This document shows positions 1 to 12,247 of a DNA stretch of 64,000 nucleotides, piece by piece. Source of the stretch: Chiloscyllium plagiosum (lineage: Eukaryota); NCBI RefSeq assembly GCF_004010195.1, contig NC_057718.1, positions 40,809,748 through 40,873,747 on the forward strand. Reading direction: 5' to 3'. Each line of letters opens with the position of its first letter. The first letter of the stretch is position 1. A program made the translations under genes and the position numbers. The notes beneath the pieces are model-generated. The model worked only from the letters and a program-made list of their open reading frames with translations. It was not told where the DNA came from and did no database searches.

Positions 1-289
1 GGGCATTGGTTTAGGATGAGAGGGGAAAGATATAAAAGAGACCTAAGGGGCAACTTTTTCACACAGAGGGTGGTACGTGTATGGAATGAGCTGCCAGAGG
101 ATGTGGTGGAGGCTGGTACAAATGCAATATTTAAGAGGCATTTGGATGGGTATATGAATAGGAAGGGTTTGGAGGGATATGGGCTGGGTGCTGGCAGATG
201 GGACTAGATGGGTTGGGATATCTGGTCGACGTGGACAGGTTGGACCGAAGGATCTGTTTCCATACTGTACATCTCTATGACTCTATGAC
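1..289 (+). mobile_element. CR1/HER1-type LINE 3' end (truncated by window start)
   Basis: ORF2 C-terminus RGNFFTQRVVRVWNELPEDVVEAGT..FKRHLDGYM, then 3' UTR GGACCGAAGG.TCTGTTTCC and a (CTCTATGA)n tail. Confidence 0.92.
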
Positions 290-1444
290 ATTGGGAGCTT
301 TGATACAGCTGGGTCTTATCAGATGCAGCATCAACTCCTCTGTCAAGTCCAGGCGATGAAAGTTGTCCACATTGCACTTTTATTTCTTCTCATGTTTAGT
401 AACTAATAAACACAGTCTTTTTGATAATTTAAGATAGTCTGGTTACTTTGGTAACTTTTAAGCATGAGTTAATTTCAGTCTGGGAGAAAGGTACTCACAA
501 GAGTAACAGTTCATCTATCCTCATCTGGGAACTTCATGGTTTGAGATATTCCACCTGGAACAGTACAAAAGATGAAACATTTCCCAGGTTCTAACAATGG
601 ATGACTGGTCAAGAGGAATCCAAGGACAAGATTTGCTTTCAGGCTTCAGCCTTCTTATCACACTTTTTAAAAAATATGTTCAGCTTAAATACCATAATAG
701 ATAGCATTCAGGAATATACCACCACTCATCTTACCTTACTGAAAATCTGTACCATAAACTCTACTGCCAAATGCTAGTCAGTCTACTCTATATACTTCTC
801 TGCATGTATTTCTAGCATGCCCACATGGCAAGATTTCAGGCTTCAGCTTAGCTTTCTGTGTGTTTCTCTCTCCCCTTGTAAGATTGCTCATGCTGTGCTA
901 TTTATGCTGAAGGAAGAGCAGCTCCACGATATCATTACAAGGTTGCTCCAGGGTCCTAGACAATATGCCCAAGGCTGCCATCTTTGGAAATTATGTGAGG
1001 CTGAGGTGAAGCATTTGATAGCCAGACCTGAGTCCTGATTGCTAATGGGTGAATGATGGATGCATTGAACAATCTGAATAACTGGTTGTATGGTGGGTAA
1101 GAGATGTCTTTTTAAGGTGCATTCATAAGCTTTGATCACCTACGTAAGATTGAATGATTGAAGTTGGATGAGGGGGATACCATAAGGACTGGGGAGGGAG
1201 TTAATGATGCACGTGTGGCAACATGTGGGAAACAAACTCACTGGGCTTGGTGAAGAGAAGCCCTCCGTGAACCACAATGAAATTGACATTTTACCAAAAA
1301 ATATGTAAGATTCTGCCCTTAGTCTTCTTTCCATTGAATTTCAGTTTCTCTTCCCATCTGACAATAACGTATAACTAACCTAAGTTCTGTGGGCATACTC
1401 TTCACCAAAATGGCTCTAACTTGCAGAACCTGGTCAACTCCATA

Positions 1445-1760
1445 GTGGCACAGTGACTCAGTGGTTAGCACTGCTGCCTCACAGTGGCAGGGACCTGAGT
1501 TTGATTCTAGCCACAGTTGAATGTCTGTGTAGAGTTTGCTCATTGTCCTTGTGTCTGTGTGGGTTTGTTCTGATTCCCTCCCACAATTCAAAGATGTGCA
1601 AGTTAAGTGGATTGGCCATGTTAAATTGTCCAGGGACTTGCAGGCTAGGTGGATTAGCCATGGAGAATGCACGGTTTTAGGGATGGGATGCTCTTTGGAG
1701 GGTCAGTGTGGACTCATTGGCGGAATGGCCTGCTTTCACACTGAAGGGATTCTCTTTATG
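1445..1760 (+). mobile_element. HE1-type tRNA-derived V-SINE, decayed
   Basis: A-box-like GTGACTCAGTGGTTAGC, B-box-like GTTTGATTC, V-SINE core GAGTTTGC..TGTCTGTGTGGGTTT, CR1-like tail. Confidence 0.8.
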
Positions 1761-3859
1761 AGTAGTGGATCGTTTGATATTGCAATTTTGTCATCAAGTT
1801 CTGGAAACAGTTGCATCAACTGCATATTTGCCTATTTCCAGTTCTTGGAGCTCACCTTCATCTCTCTTAGTCTGCCTATACTGCATCACTGGGATCATCA
1901 TCTGATTACTGATACCTCTTAATAACTTTTCATATGGTTTCAAGTTTCAGTCTCTCCAGAAGTTTTGGTTTCCAATCGAAATTTCAGTCTTAATTTCCTT
2001 AAAGCCTGGAAGGGCATCAGTTTCTCTTTCCAATTAGTGCTTGTCTCAAAAAAAATACAAGCTTTAAAACCACAGATTTAATCATACACTTTTCTCAGAC
2101 TTTATGCAGACAAATACACAACTGACTAGTACTTTAACAAGAGAAATTATTTGATTGTAAAAGAGGATTGCTCCTTTTCCACTTTCTGATGACTGATCTT
2201 AGGGTTCTGGAAATGACTAGTTCAATATTCTGTCAAAAATATGTGAATTGTGAGGTTTGCTGGAGGATCAATTGCAAATTAATACTTGTTTTTCTCATCT
2301 ATTAGAATCCAAGGAAACAACAACAGCTCTGGACAATATCATTGTTAAGTGCATGGCCTCAACTCAGCACCTCTCATAGTCACAAGGTTAAGATTGGGAA
2401 TGTAATAGCCGAAGGAAGTCATGTGTCTCAGCCTTCATAGGACTGCATGATGCTGTTTCAACATATTACCATACAACTGTAATCTTCACTTGTGGGGATG
2501 GGGAGGTTGGAGTTACTCAAAGCATTATCAAATACAGATAAATGCTTTTGGCTCTCCCTCTTCCTTTCAACGAACTAGAAAGAGTGGAGAGCTTGCAGGT
2601 TAAAAGTCAAAATTTGAGCTCTACACATGTGTAGCAGTGAAAAACAACAGAAAGAAAAGCATTGGGTTGCATTATCCTCTATTTTATCTACTATATTCAT
2701 ACAAGTCAGTTTAAGCTGCTGGGAATCCTCAACATTTTGCATTTCAGCTTAGAAAGAAAACAATTTGAGTCGCCTCCCAGTATTGGAATTTGCTCTCAAA
2801 TTGACCCAAATTCACAGTCCAAATGTTGGTCAAAACAACTGAGCATTGCATGACTCTGGGTGTGCCATAAAAAAATGTTTTTTTGCTGAAAATGTGAGTA
2901 GGCAAGGTCTGGGAAGTTGGCTGAAGTCCAACGTTTGTATTTGATATGGGCTCTGCTTTTCTCCGTGGCATTGATTCCACTGGCAGGCCCTTCCTCTAGC
3001 TTTGATGAAGTTACGACTATTTGGTTCACATATTTGGCAGGAAGATTTTGAGAGGTTTGTTCAGTAAGTTGTCCCACTTCATGTCGCACAACGTTCTGTG
3101 GTTAACTGACAAATATCACAAACAGGCAAACATTTGGTTAAGAGTTCAGTAATTAAAGCCAAATGCTATGATGTTATAATCAGCTGATAATGATTTAACA
3201 TAAAGTGCAGCAGCAGTAGGCTGGGTAAATGGTATTGGCAAACCTCACTGCTTAGGCAGCAACTTTCAGATGTTCCTTTTTAAAATCTTTTGTTTGCTTA
3301 ACTTAATTTGCATTTTTGCATTATTTTGGCATGTTTCTCATGGAGCTCTTGATAACACAAACACTGCTTGTAAAGTGAACATGATGGCTGTGAAACAAGA
3401 GAAAAAATCTAAACACGACTTATTTTTAAAATATATACAGATTAGTTAACTATTCCAACATTCCCAATGAATTATTTCTTGTTTTTCCAATAACTTATGC
3501 ACTTGGATGTGATACAAACAGTAACAGACTGATGACAAAAAAATTTGTGAGAATAGGAAAAGTGAAATAAATACAGATACATGTTTTCAAAACCAGATGT
3601 TTTAGAATGTGTCTTGCATCATTTATTTTAATCTTATTCAATGGAAATGAACTTACCTGGTCAATTCAATTCAGAACTATATGGTGCTGGATTTGTATCT
3701 GTTTTGTTGCTTGCACACTGTTCTATTCCCATGCGTTTTGTATTCCACCCATCCCAGATTGGTCTTGAACAACCCAGGATAAGACATACAAGGCCATGGC
3801 ACATTAGGGTCAGGGCCAAATTGTAACAGAATAGATAATTTTTTATTAGGGGTGGACAA

Positions 3860-4078
3860 AGAAAACTGCAGAGCTGGAATCCAAAGTAGATAAACAGGAG
3901 GCTGGAAGAATATAGCGAGCCAGGCAGCATCAGGAGGTGGAGAAGTCAACATTTCAGATATAACTCCCCTTGAAGAAGGGTTATACCTGAAATGTTGACC
4001 TCTCCACCTCCACCTCCACCTCCACCTCCACCTCCTGATGTTGCTTGACTTGCTGTGTACTTCCAGGTGGTTGTTTGT
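3860..4078. mobile_element. Palindromic Penelope-derived mini-element with central hammerhead-like motif
   Basis: 3890-3969 is the imperfect reverse complement of 3976-4078; core TTGAAGA-A-GGGT-TAT-ACCT-GAAATGTT at 3970-3996; (CCACCT)n expansion in the right arm. Confidence 0.7.
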
Positions 4079-4689
4079 GACTGTGCAGACTTCATGAGCA
4101 GAAGTGCCTTGCTCTGTGCAGCAGACCTCTATGATTCTATGACCTAAAGTGCCTGGGCCGAAATCCATCAATATAAATAAAATCCAACGAAGCTTCGGTT
4201 CTGGATTGCCGGTTTTGAGATGGTGTACCAGAAGATTGTTAATCAGATCAGTTAGCGTCTAAGGAAAATCAAAGCTGCAAGTGCCCTTGTGAAGGGCCAG
4301 TCCATAGCTTTAAACTATCTTTTTGTGCTACTTTGCTAGATTACACACTGGTAAAAAAGTAATCTACCTCATTGGCAAAGTAAACATATGTTAAACTGCA
4401 AAAGAAACTGATGCTCTAATATTGTGTAAATCAATTTTGGAGGAGAAAAAACTCAGAGTCAATTGGATGATGAAGGGTTGAGTGGGGCTTTTCGTAAGGC
4501 TTGCAATCACATTGAAATAAAGTTTCCAAAGGCAACCTCCCCCTTGTGAACAGTGGAAAATCGGTGGAAAGTCCAAGAAAACAGCATTAGTAACTATCTA
4601 TACCATTTGATGCATACCCCACATCCTTCTCCAAGCTGGGCTTGCGGGAAGGGGAAGGATAGCATGTGAGTGAGAGGGAAGCTACAAGG

Positions 4690-6170
4690 TATGTCCTCCC
4701 AACTCCTATACTCAATGCTCTGACCAATAAAGGAAAGCATACTAAACACCTCTTACCTACATGCGATTCTCTTTCAAGGAGCAATGAACCTGCACTCCAA
4801 GGTCTCTTGTTCTGCAGCACTCCCTAGGACCTTACCATTAAGTGTACAAGTCCTGCTTTGATTTGCTTTTCCTAAATGCAGCACCTCGCATTTATCTAAA
4901 TTAAACTCCATCTGCCACTCTTCAGCCCATTGGCCCATCTGATCAAACTCCTGTTGTAATCTGAGGTAACTTTCTTGGCTGTCCACTACACCTCCAATTT
5001 TGGTGTCAGCTACTAACTTACTATCTATACCTCCTATGTTCACATCCAAATCATTTATATAAATGATTCACCCTTTGTGTGAAAAACTTGCTTTGCACAT
5101 CTCTTTTAAACTTCTTCCTTCGCACGTTGAACCTGTGTTTCCTAGTAATTGACACTCCACCTGGGAAAAAGCCTCATGCTTTCCACTCTGTCCATGACAT
5201 TCACAATCTTATAAATTTCCATTATGTGGCACCTCAACCTCCTGCATTCCAGTGAGAACAAACCTAGTCTAGCTAACCTTTCTTCATCGCTAAAACCCAT
5301 CATACCAGCCAACATCCTGGTAAACCTTTTCTGTACCCTCTCCAAAGCATCTGCATCCTTCAGGTAATGTGGTGATCAGAACTATAAGCAATATTCCAAG
5401 TATGGCCTAACTAAAGTTCTATAAAGCTACAGCATAATTTGTCTTTCCTTATACTCGATGCTTCTTCCAATGAACATAGAATGTTATAGTGCAGTATAGG
5501 TCCTTTGGCCCTCGATTAAGGCAAGCAGGCCATAAGTCTGTTTTACTACCTTATCTACCTTCACTGTCACCTTCAGTGGTCTATGGAGCTGCACACCCAG
5601 ATTCCTCTGAATATCAATACTCCTGAGGGTTCTGCAATTCACTGTATAAATTCCATCCATACTTGACCTTCCAAAATGCGCCATCTCACATTTGTCGGCA
5701 TTAACTCTATCTGCCATTTTTCTCCCCAGTCCTCCAACTTAACTATATCTTGCTGTATCCTCTGATGATCCTCCTCACTTTCTGCAAATCCAATAATCTT
5801 TGTATCATCTGCAAAGTTACTAACTAGACCGGCAATGTTTTCCTCCAAATCATTTATATCGATCACAAACTGATCACTGTGGAGCACCATTAGTCACAAT
5901 CCTCTACTCCATTAAGCATCCTGCCACTGCTACCCTCTGTCTGCTATGACTAAACCAGTTCTGTAACCATCTTGCCAGCTCATACCTGATACCATGTGAC
6001 TTCATCTTTTGTACCAGTTTGCTTTGAGGGACTTTGTCAAAGGCTATACTGAAGTCCATGTAGACCATGTCAACCACTTTCCCCTCATCAAAAATCTTTG
6101 TCACCTCCACAAAAAATGTAATCAAGTTAGTGAAGGATGACATCCCCTGCACAAACCATGCTGTTGCATT
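4690..6170 (-). mobile_element. Composite of decayed CR1 ORF2 (reverse transcriptase) fragments
   Basis: ORF pieces YMDFSIAFDKVP, NFADDTKI, WQMEFNLDKCEVLH, ERVQKRFTRML; many stops and frameshifts. Confidence 0.9.
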
Positions 6171-6288
6171 TCTATCAAGAAAGCAAAGCATTCACAACAA
6201 TTAAAAAGTAAATCAATGTAACCTGTTGTTAGCAAGTTCTGTTGGATAAAGTAGTCCACGTTACAAAGTTAATTTTTTTATATACCAA

Positions 6289-7125
6289 GTGGCACTTCTG
6301 AGCGTGGGGCTCCTTCATTCTGTCCACTATTATTTTCGTTTCTTTTCTCTCTTACCTTGTTTTTTTCTCTTCTGTTTTATTTTACACATCTTTTGGTGAA
6401 GAGCTCAATCACGATGGTAGTGAGTGGGCCCAGCAATGTGGACTTGAGTGGGACTAGCAATGTGGACCCGAGTGGGCCCAGCAATGTGGACTCAAGTGGG
6501 CCCAGCAACGTAGACCCAAGTGATCCCAGTAACGTGGATTAGAGTGGGCCCAGCTACATGAACTCGAGTGGGCCCAATAACGTGAACTCAAGTGGACCCA
6601 ACAATGTGGACTTGAGTGGGCCCAGCAACGTGGGCTCGAGTGGGCCCAACAATGTGGACTCGAGTGGGCCCAGCAATGTGGACTCGAGTAGGCTCAGCAG
6701 CGTAGACTCAAGTGGGCCCAGCAACGTCGACTCAAGTAGGCCCATCAATGTGGACACAAGTGGGCCCAGCAACGTGGACTCGAATAGACCCAGCAACATT
6801 GACTTGAGTGGGCCCAGCAACGTGGACTCGAGTAGGCCCAGCAGTGTGGACCTGTGCACAGGTGTCGGAAGCGAGTTTGAGTTTCCGGTGGCATCTGCTT
6901 CCAGCATAGATTCATGGAAGTGAGTTTGGGTCCAGTATGAGACCCGGTGACATCAGCAACAGCTGCATTGGCGAGGTGGGCCTGAAGGGGAATCATCATG
7001 GCAGTGGAGCAGAGTTGGATTGGTTCAGTGGCTGGCAGCATTGGTGGTGTCAGAGAATGGTGACACTATACAACACTTTTTACTGTATTTTGTAACAAGA
7101 TCCAAGTGACAGGAAATCAAATCAA
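6289..7125 (+). mobile_element. Putative non-autonomous retroelement with Rex1/Babar-like 3' tail hosting the minisatellite
   Basis: Ends ACTTTTTACTGTA...GTGACAGGAAATCAAATCAA, resembling the Rex1 tail at 17189-17230 (GTGACAACAATAAATCAAATCAA on minus). Confidence 0.5.
6422..6853. repeat. Minisatellite, 18 x 24-bp unit (consensus GAGTGGGCCCAGCAACGTGGACTC)
   Basis: Unit starts every 24 bp from 6422 to 6830 without indels; variation is largely CpG decay. Confidence 0.95.
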
Positions 7126-7589
7126 GGCTTGGTTTGTACTTTATTCGATGTGAATGTGTAATTATTCAGAAGCAGTAGAATCCTGATGATTTGTTACTGA
7201 GAGATAAAATGAGCATTACAAAACACAGCCAGGAGCTTTTGAATTGTAGAGAAGTATAAATTTTGTTTGAAAAGCTCAGAAGAGACAGGTTAATAGTCCA
7301 GTGAGAATCGATTGTGTTGATTTAAAACTCAGTTGGAAAGGATTACTTTAGTTCTTGGATTTGCAACTGTCACTATTTTGTCTACTAGAGGAATTAGATA
7401 ATGATATTCTACAGTAACAATATGTAACAATATTACATCACTGCAAGATTATCCACTTTTTGTTCATCGATTCAATTCACTATTTTACATTCCAAATGTG
7501 ACACAATATAACATTATGCTTTCAAAACAAAACAAGGTGAAATGGAAACATATCACATGAATGCAACATAAAACATTCTGGAAAGCGCA

Positions 7590-8345
7590 GATCATTTGCC
7601 CCTTTTAAGAATACTCCACCATTCAATAAGAACAGGGCCGGTTTGATTGTTGCTTTCACTCCACTTTCCTGTCTGTCTCCCATAACTCCCTATTGAACAA
7701 ACGTCTGTAAAACCCAGTCTTGAATATTCAATGATTCAGCCTCCATTGCCTTCCATGACAGCAAATCACAAAATTGAATAACCCTCTAAGAGAACAAATT
7801 CCTACTGATCCCCAAATTAAATGGGCTGACCCTTTAATCTGAACTCCCTGGGAGGAGTCATTTACCCTGTCAACTTCCCTCAGAATCTGAAATGTTCCTC
7901 TTCCTCTAACTCCAATCACTAGAAGTCCATCCTTCTCAACCTTCCTCATAAAACAACTGTTTCATTCCAGGCATCAATCTAGGGAATACCCTCTGAACTA
8001 CCTCCAATATAAGTATATCCTTCCTTAAATAAAGGGACCCAAGTTCTGTAAAGAAATCTGGGCCTGGGCTCATCAATGCCCTCTAAAGTGTCAGTAAAAC
8101 TTCCCTACTTCTATACTCTGTGACTAACTGACATATGTTCAGGTAACTGGTCTACATATTCCTGTTGTCTGTTTCCCTTCTTTCTTGAAAGGAAGAGTTA
8201 TGTTAGCCATTTTCCAATTCACTGGCACCTTTCCAGTATCTAGGGAATTTTGAAAAATTACATTGATTGCATCCACTGTCTCTGCTGCCACTTCTTTTTT
8301 AGATCTTAGGATGTAGACAACAAGGTCCAGGGGACATGTTAACCT
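7590..8345 (-). mobile_element. Old CR1 LINE fragments
   Basis: Degenerate CR1 3' end and RT-upstream motifs (reverse complement of GGACCT..TCTACATCCTAAGATCTAAAAAGAAGTGGCAGCAGAG, ~PGP..HPRILKEVAAE). Confidence 0.6.
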
Positions 8346-8596
8346 TTCTCATATACATACTTTCAAAAGTATGTAAGATGGGACTCCCCCAAATTACAAC
8401 AGACAAAATAATCTAGAATACGATGTTTGAAAACCGTCCCACAGCATAGCTTACTCTCTTTCTTTATTGAAGTTTTTGAAAGTGGCCACTTCATGCCTGT
8501 GTGTACGCATGTGCATGTGTGTGTACACCTCATGGTAGAAATCATATGACTACAGCAAGCCATTTGTACGAGGTTGGCATTTCAATCCAAACACTG

Positions 8597-10018
8597 GTGC
8601 CACTGTGAAAGAAGGGTGGTAAGGACAAGCCAGGGTACTATAGACCAGCGAGCCTGACGGTGGTGGGCAAGTTGTTGGAGGGAATCCCGAGGGAGAGGAT
8701 GTACATGTATTTGGAAAGGCAAGGACTGATTAGGGATAGTCAACATGGCTTTGAGCCTTGGAAATCATGTCTCACAAACTTGATTGAGTTTTTGAAGAAG
8801 TAACAAAGAGGATTGATGAGGGCAGAGTGGTAGATGTGATCTATATGGACTTCAGTAAGGCGTTCGACTAGGTTCCCCATGGGAGACTGGTTAGCAAGGT
8901 TAGGTCTCACGGAATAAAGGGAGAACTAGCCATTTGGATACATAACTGGCTTAAAGGTAGAGGCCAGACAGTGGTGATGGAGGGTTGTTTTTCAGACTGG
9001 AAGACTGTGACCAGTGGAGTGCCACAAGGATCTGTGCTGGGTCCTCTACTTTTTGTCATTTACATAAATGATTTGGATGCGAGCATAAGAGGTACTGTTA
9101 GTAAGTTTGCAGATGACACCAAAATTGGAGGTGTAGTGGACAGGGAACAGAGTTATCTCAGATTACATCAGGATCTTGACCAGATGGGCCAATGGGCTGA
9201 GAAGTGACAGATGGAGGTTAACTCAGATAAATGCGAGGTGCTGCATTTTGGGAAAGCAAATCTTAGCAGGACTTATACACTTAATAGTAAGGTCCTAGAG
9301 AGTGTTGCTGAACAAAAAGACCTTGAAGTGCAGGTTCATAGCTTCTTAAAAGTGGAGTTGCAGGATAGTGAAGGTGGCATTTGGTATGTTTTCCTTTATT
9401 GGTCAGAGTATTGTGTACAGGAGTTGGGAGGTCATGTTGTGGCTGTACAGGACATTGGTTAGGCCACTGTTGGAATATTGCATGCAATTCTGGTCTCCTT
9501 TCTATTGGAAAAATGTTGTGAAACTTGAAAGCGTTCAGAAAAGATTTACAAGGATGTTGCCATGGTTGGAGGATTTGAGCTATTGGGAGAGGCTGAACAG
9601 GCTGGGGCTGTTTTCCCTGGACTGTCGGAGGCTGAGGGTTGACCTTATAAAAGTTTACAAAATTATGAGGGGAATGAATAGGATAAATAGGCAAAATCTT
9701 TTCCCTAGGGTCAGGGAGTCCACAACTGGAGGGCATAGGTTTAGGGTGAGAGGGGAAAGATATAAAAGTGACCTAACGGGCTAAGTTTTCATGCAGAGGG
9801 TGGTATGGGTATGGAGCAAGCTGCCAGAGGAAGTGGTGGAGGCTAGTACAATTGCAACATTTAAAAGGCACCTGGATGGGTATATGAATAGGAAAGGTTT
9901 GGAGGGATATGGGCCAGGTGCTGGCAGGTGGGACTAGATTGGGTTGGGATATCTGGTCGGCATGGACGAGTTGGATCGAAGGGTCTGTTTCCATGCTGTA
10001 CATCTCTATGACTCTATG
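8597..10018 (+). mobile_element. 5'-truncated HER1/CR1 LINE (RT domain to 3' tail), pseudogenised
   Basis: SGVPQGSVLGPLLFVIYINDL, KFADDTKIGG, LYRTLVRPLLEYC, CTCTATGACTCTATG tail; frameshifts and stops. Confidence 0.95.
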
Positions 10019-10482
10019 TAAACTCTCCCTAAACTCCCACATCTGACAAGAAGAGCATATCACTTTACTAAGAGCCATTTTTGCTTCTTCCAATCTGCAA
10101 ACCCAGAAAATAGCACTGTCTTATTCCTCTACAAAACACTGCTCCAGGCTAACTTAATACTTATGGCTTATATTTTAAGCTTAATCAAGAGATATATCTC
10201 AATAAAGTAAAGAAAGAACCCACTCTACTCACTATTGTAGATTTACTGAAGGCTATACTTAAAACTATTTACTTATCTGTTTCTGTGCTATAACCTCTCC
10301 CAAATTGTTCCCTCTCAGATCAGTTGTGAATTTCACTGTTTGTTAAGTTTTCCTAGACACACTCTGATGTCCAGCAATACATGAATTCAAACAGCAAAGG
10401 CAATAACTGCGCAGATTCACTGCTGTGTCAGTTAGCAGTGTGGGTTTCTCTCTCTCTCTCTCTCCCCCCTCCTCCTCTCCCT

Positions 10483-10514
<32 letters not shown>

Positions 10515-10745
10515 CCTGCACTGACCTGACTATGTGCTGCCTATATTCTGTCTCTTTCCCTTTTAAAAGTGACGTTGTTTTGAATTTTTTTCTCTAAAGT
10601 TCCAAAGCAATGCAACAGCATAAAAAAAAAATTCTGCTCTTGGAATTCAAGGAAATCACCTCCAACACCAAAATACCTCAAAAAAGGAGCAGCCTGTTAC
10701 AGCCAGAAATTTTTCCCATCCTCCATCTTGGATTACCCAGCATCC
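10019..10745 (-). mobile_element. 5' UTR and ORF1 start of a CR1-type LINE
   Basis: KMALSKVICSSCQMWEFRESL resembles the N-terminal CxxC motif of vertebrate CR1 ORF1; the upstream region includes a (GA)n tract. Confidence 0.6.
10447..10515. repeat. (CT)n-rich microsatellite
   Basis: Direct observation. Confidence 0.9.
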
Positions 10746-11108
10746 CTAGTTCACAGAAGTCTTAAGTATTGAAGTCAGATTGTGAAAATTGAATATTTAT
10801 AGCTTATTTCACAATCAGAATAAGTTACAAGCATGCATTCTGAAGATTTTCCATGCAGCAATCTCACATTAGAAGGAGTGGATATGGGATCCTAGTGTGG
10901 AGGGTGTGGCCAAATGATTTGATTTATTTTGGATACTTTTGAGCGTCTTCAGTGTTGTTGCAACAGTGGCCATCCAGGTGAATAGTGGATATTCCACTAC
11001 ACTCTTCATTGAACTTTGAATAAAAACGTTGCATGAGGTAGAAGCTTCTGCTTGTTCTTATTGCCACTTTGTTCACAGCTGGTTCAGTCAAGGTTCTGGT
11101 CAATGATG

Positions 11109-11306
11109 GAGAAAACTACTGCAGATAGGAAGGTGTACCGAAAGCAAAAAGTCTAGAAACCAAAGTAGGTCTGTCAGCATCTGTGGAGAGAGAACAAGCT
11201 AACATTTCGAGTCTCGATGACTCTTCATCAGATTCTGTCTGTTAGCTTGCTATCTCTCTGTGGGTGCTGCCTGACCCACTGTGATTGCCAGCAATTTTTG
11301 TTTTCA
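11109..11306 (-). mobile_element. 198-bp palindromic Penelope-derived insertion with 16-bp TSD
   Basis: GTTCTGGTCAATGATG at 11093-11108 and 11307-11322; inverted arms around a hammerhead-like core. Confidence 0.8.
11200..11231 (-). ncRNA. Minimal hammerhead ribozyme-like motif
   Basis: Minus strand CTGATGA-A-GAGTC-ATCGA-GACTC-GAAA-TGTT. Confidence 0.65.
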
Positions 11307-12049
11307 GTTCTGGTCAATGATGACTCTTTCAGACAATGCTTCACAAACAATTTCACAATATGACCCCATATTGAAATTGTAATCCCTTGGTAAACGTTTT
11401 GAGCTGAGTGCAGGGGCCTATGCGCTGAGAGAGCAGGGTTATGACCCGTCTTGCAGTCCCATCCCCTACATTGGGAAAGTCTGTCTAAGAATTTAGTAGA
11501 GGTTTAAATGTTAGCGGTGGTGTTGCTGGAGGTCAGTGGGAGATGGTTAGACTTTGTCTTGTTCAAGATGACAATTGTGCGAAATTTACATTGTGTGAAA
11601 GTTAGCAACAACTCGTCAGCATGAACCTTGATTGTTTTCACATGGTGTTGTGCACGAGCATGAATTAGCTAATTATCAATCCAATATACATTCTGTCCGT
11701 ACTAAGACTACTGAGGCCAAAAAGGCAACATTTTTGTCACAGATGTTCCAAGTTAAGAAGTCTCAAAGATATTATTCAGGTAGGGTCTGGTAAGGAACAT
11801 TACAGAAGTTCCCATGCATTTACTTACATGTAATACACAGGATATATGGTGATGAATTGTGCGGTTGAATTTATAATCCATGAAAGGGTTGATCTGGTCA
11901 GAGCAAAATCATGATTGACTCATGACTACACAATTGGCAAGTTATTAATTTTGATGCAGCACAATATTTATTGTAAATTGTGAATTTCATATAATAGATT
12001 ACACATACCAGATTGTAAACATATACAAACAAAAGCAAAGTTCTGCAGA

Positions 12050-12247
12050 TTAGACTAGATTAGACTAAATTCCCTACAGTGTGGAAACAGGCCCTTCGGC
12101 CCAACCAGTCCACACTGACCCTCCAAAGAGTAACCCACCCAGACCCATTTCCCTCTGACTAATGCACCTAAAACTACGGGCAATTTAGCATGGCCAATTC
12201 ACCTGACGTGCACATCTTTGGACTGTGGAAGGAAACCGGAGCACCCA
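12050..12247 (-). mobile_element. 5'-truncated HE1 SINE nested in a Penelope-derived mini-element
   Basis: Minus strand GGGTGCTCCGGTTTCC...GGGCCGAAGGGCCTGTTTCCACACTGTAG and a (TCTAR)n tail. Confidence 0.85.

Noticed and set aside
3677..4171. 164-aa ORF with (RW)n tract
   Set aside because: Translation of the (CCACCT)n repeat within the palindromic element
6357..7041. Repetitive ORFs (SGPSNVDS)n and (LLGPLEST)n as a mucin or antifreeze-like protein, or the array as a CRISPR
   Set aside because: By-products of a 24-bp minisatellite; in-frame stop at ~6540, no splice context, CpG-type decay, no unique spacers, eukaryotic context
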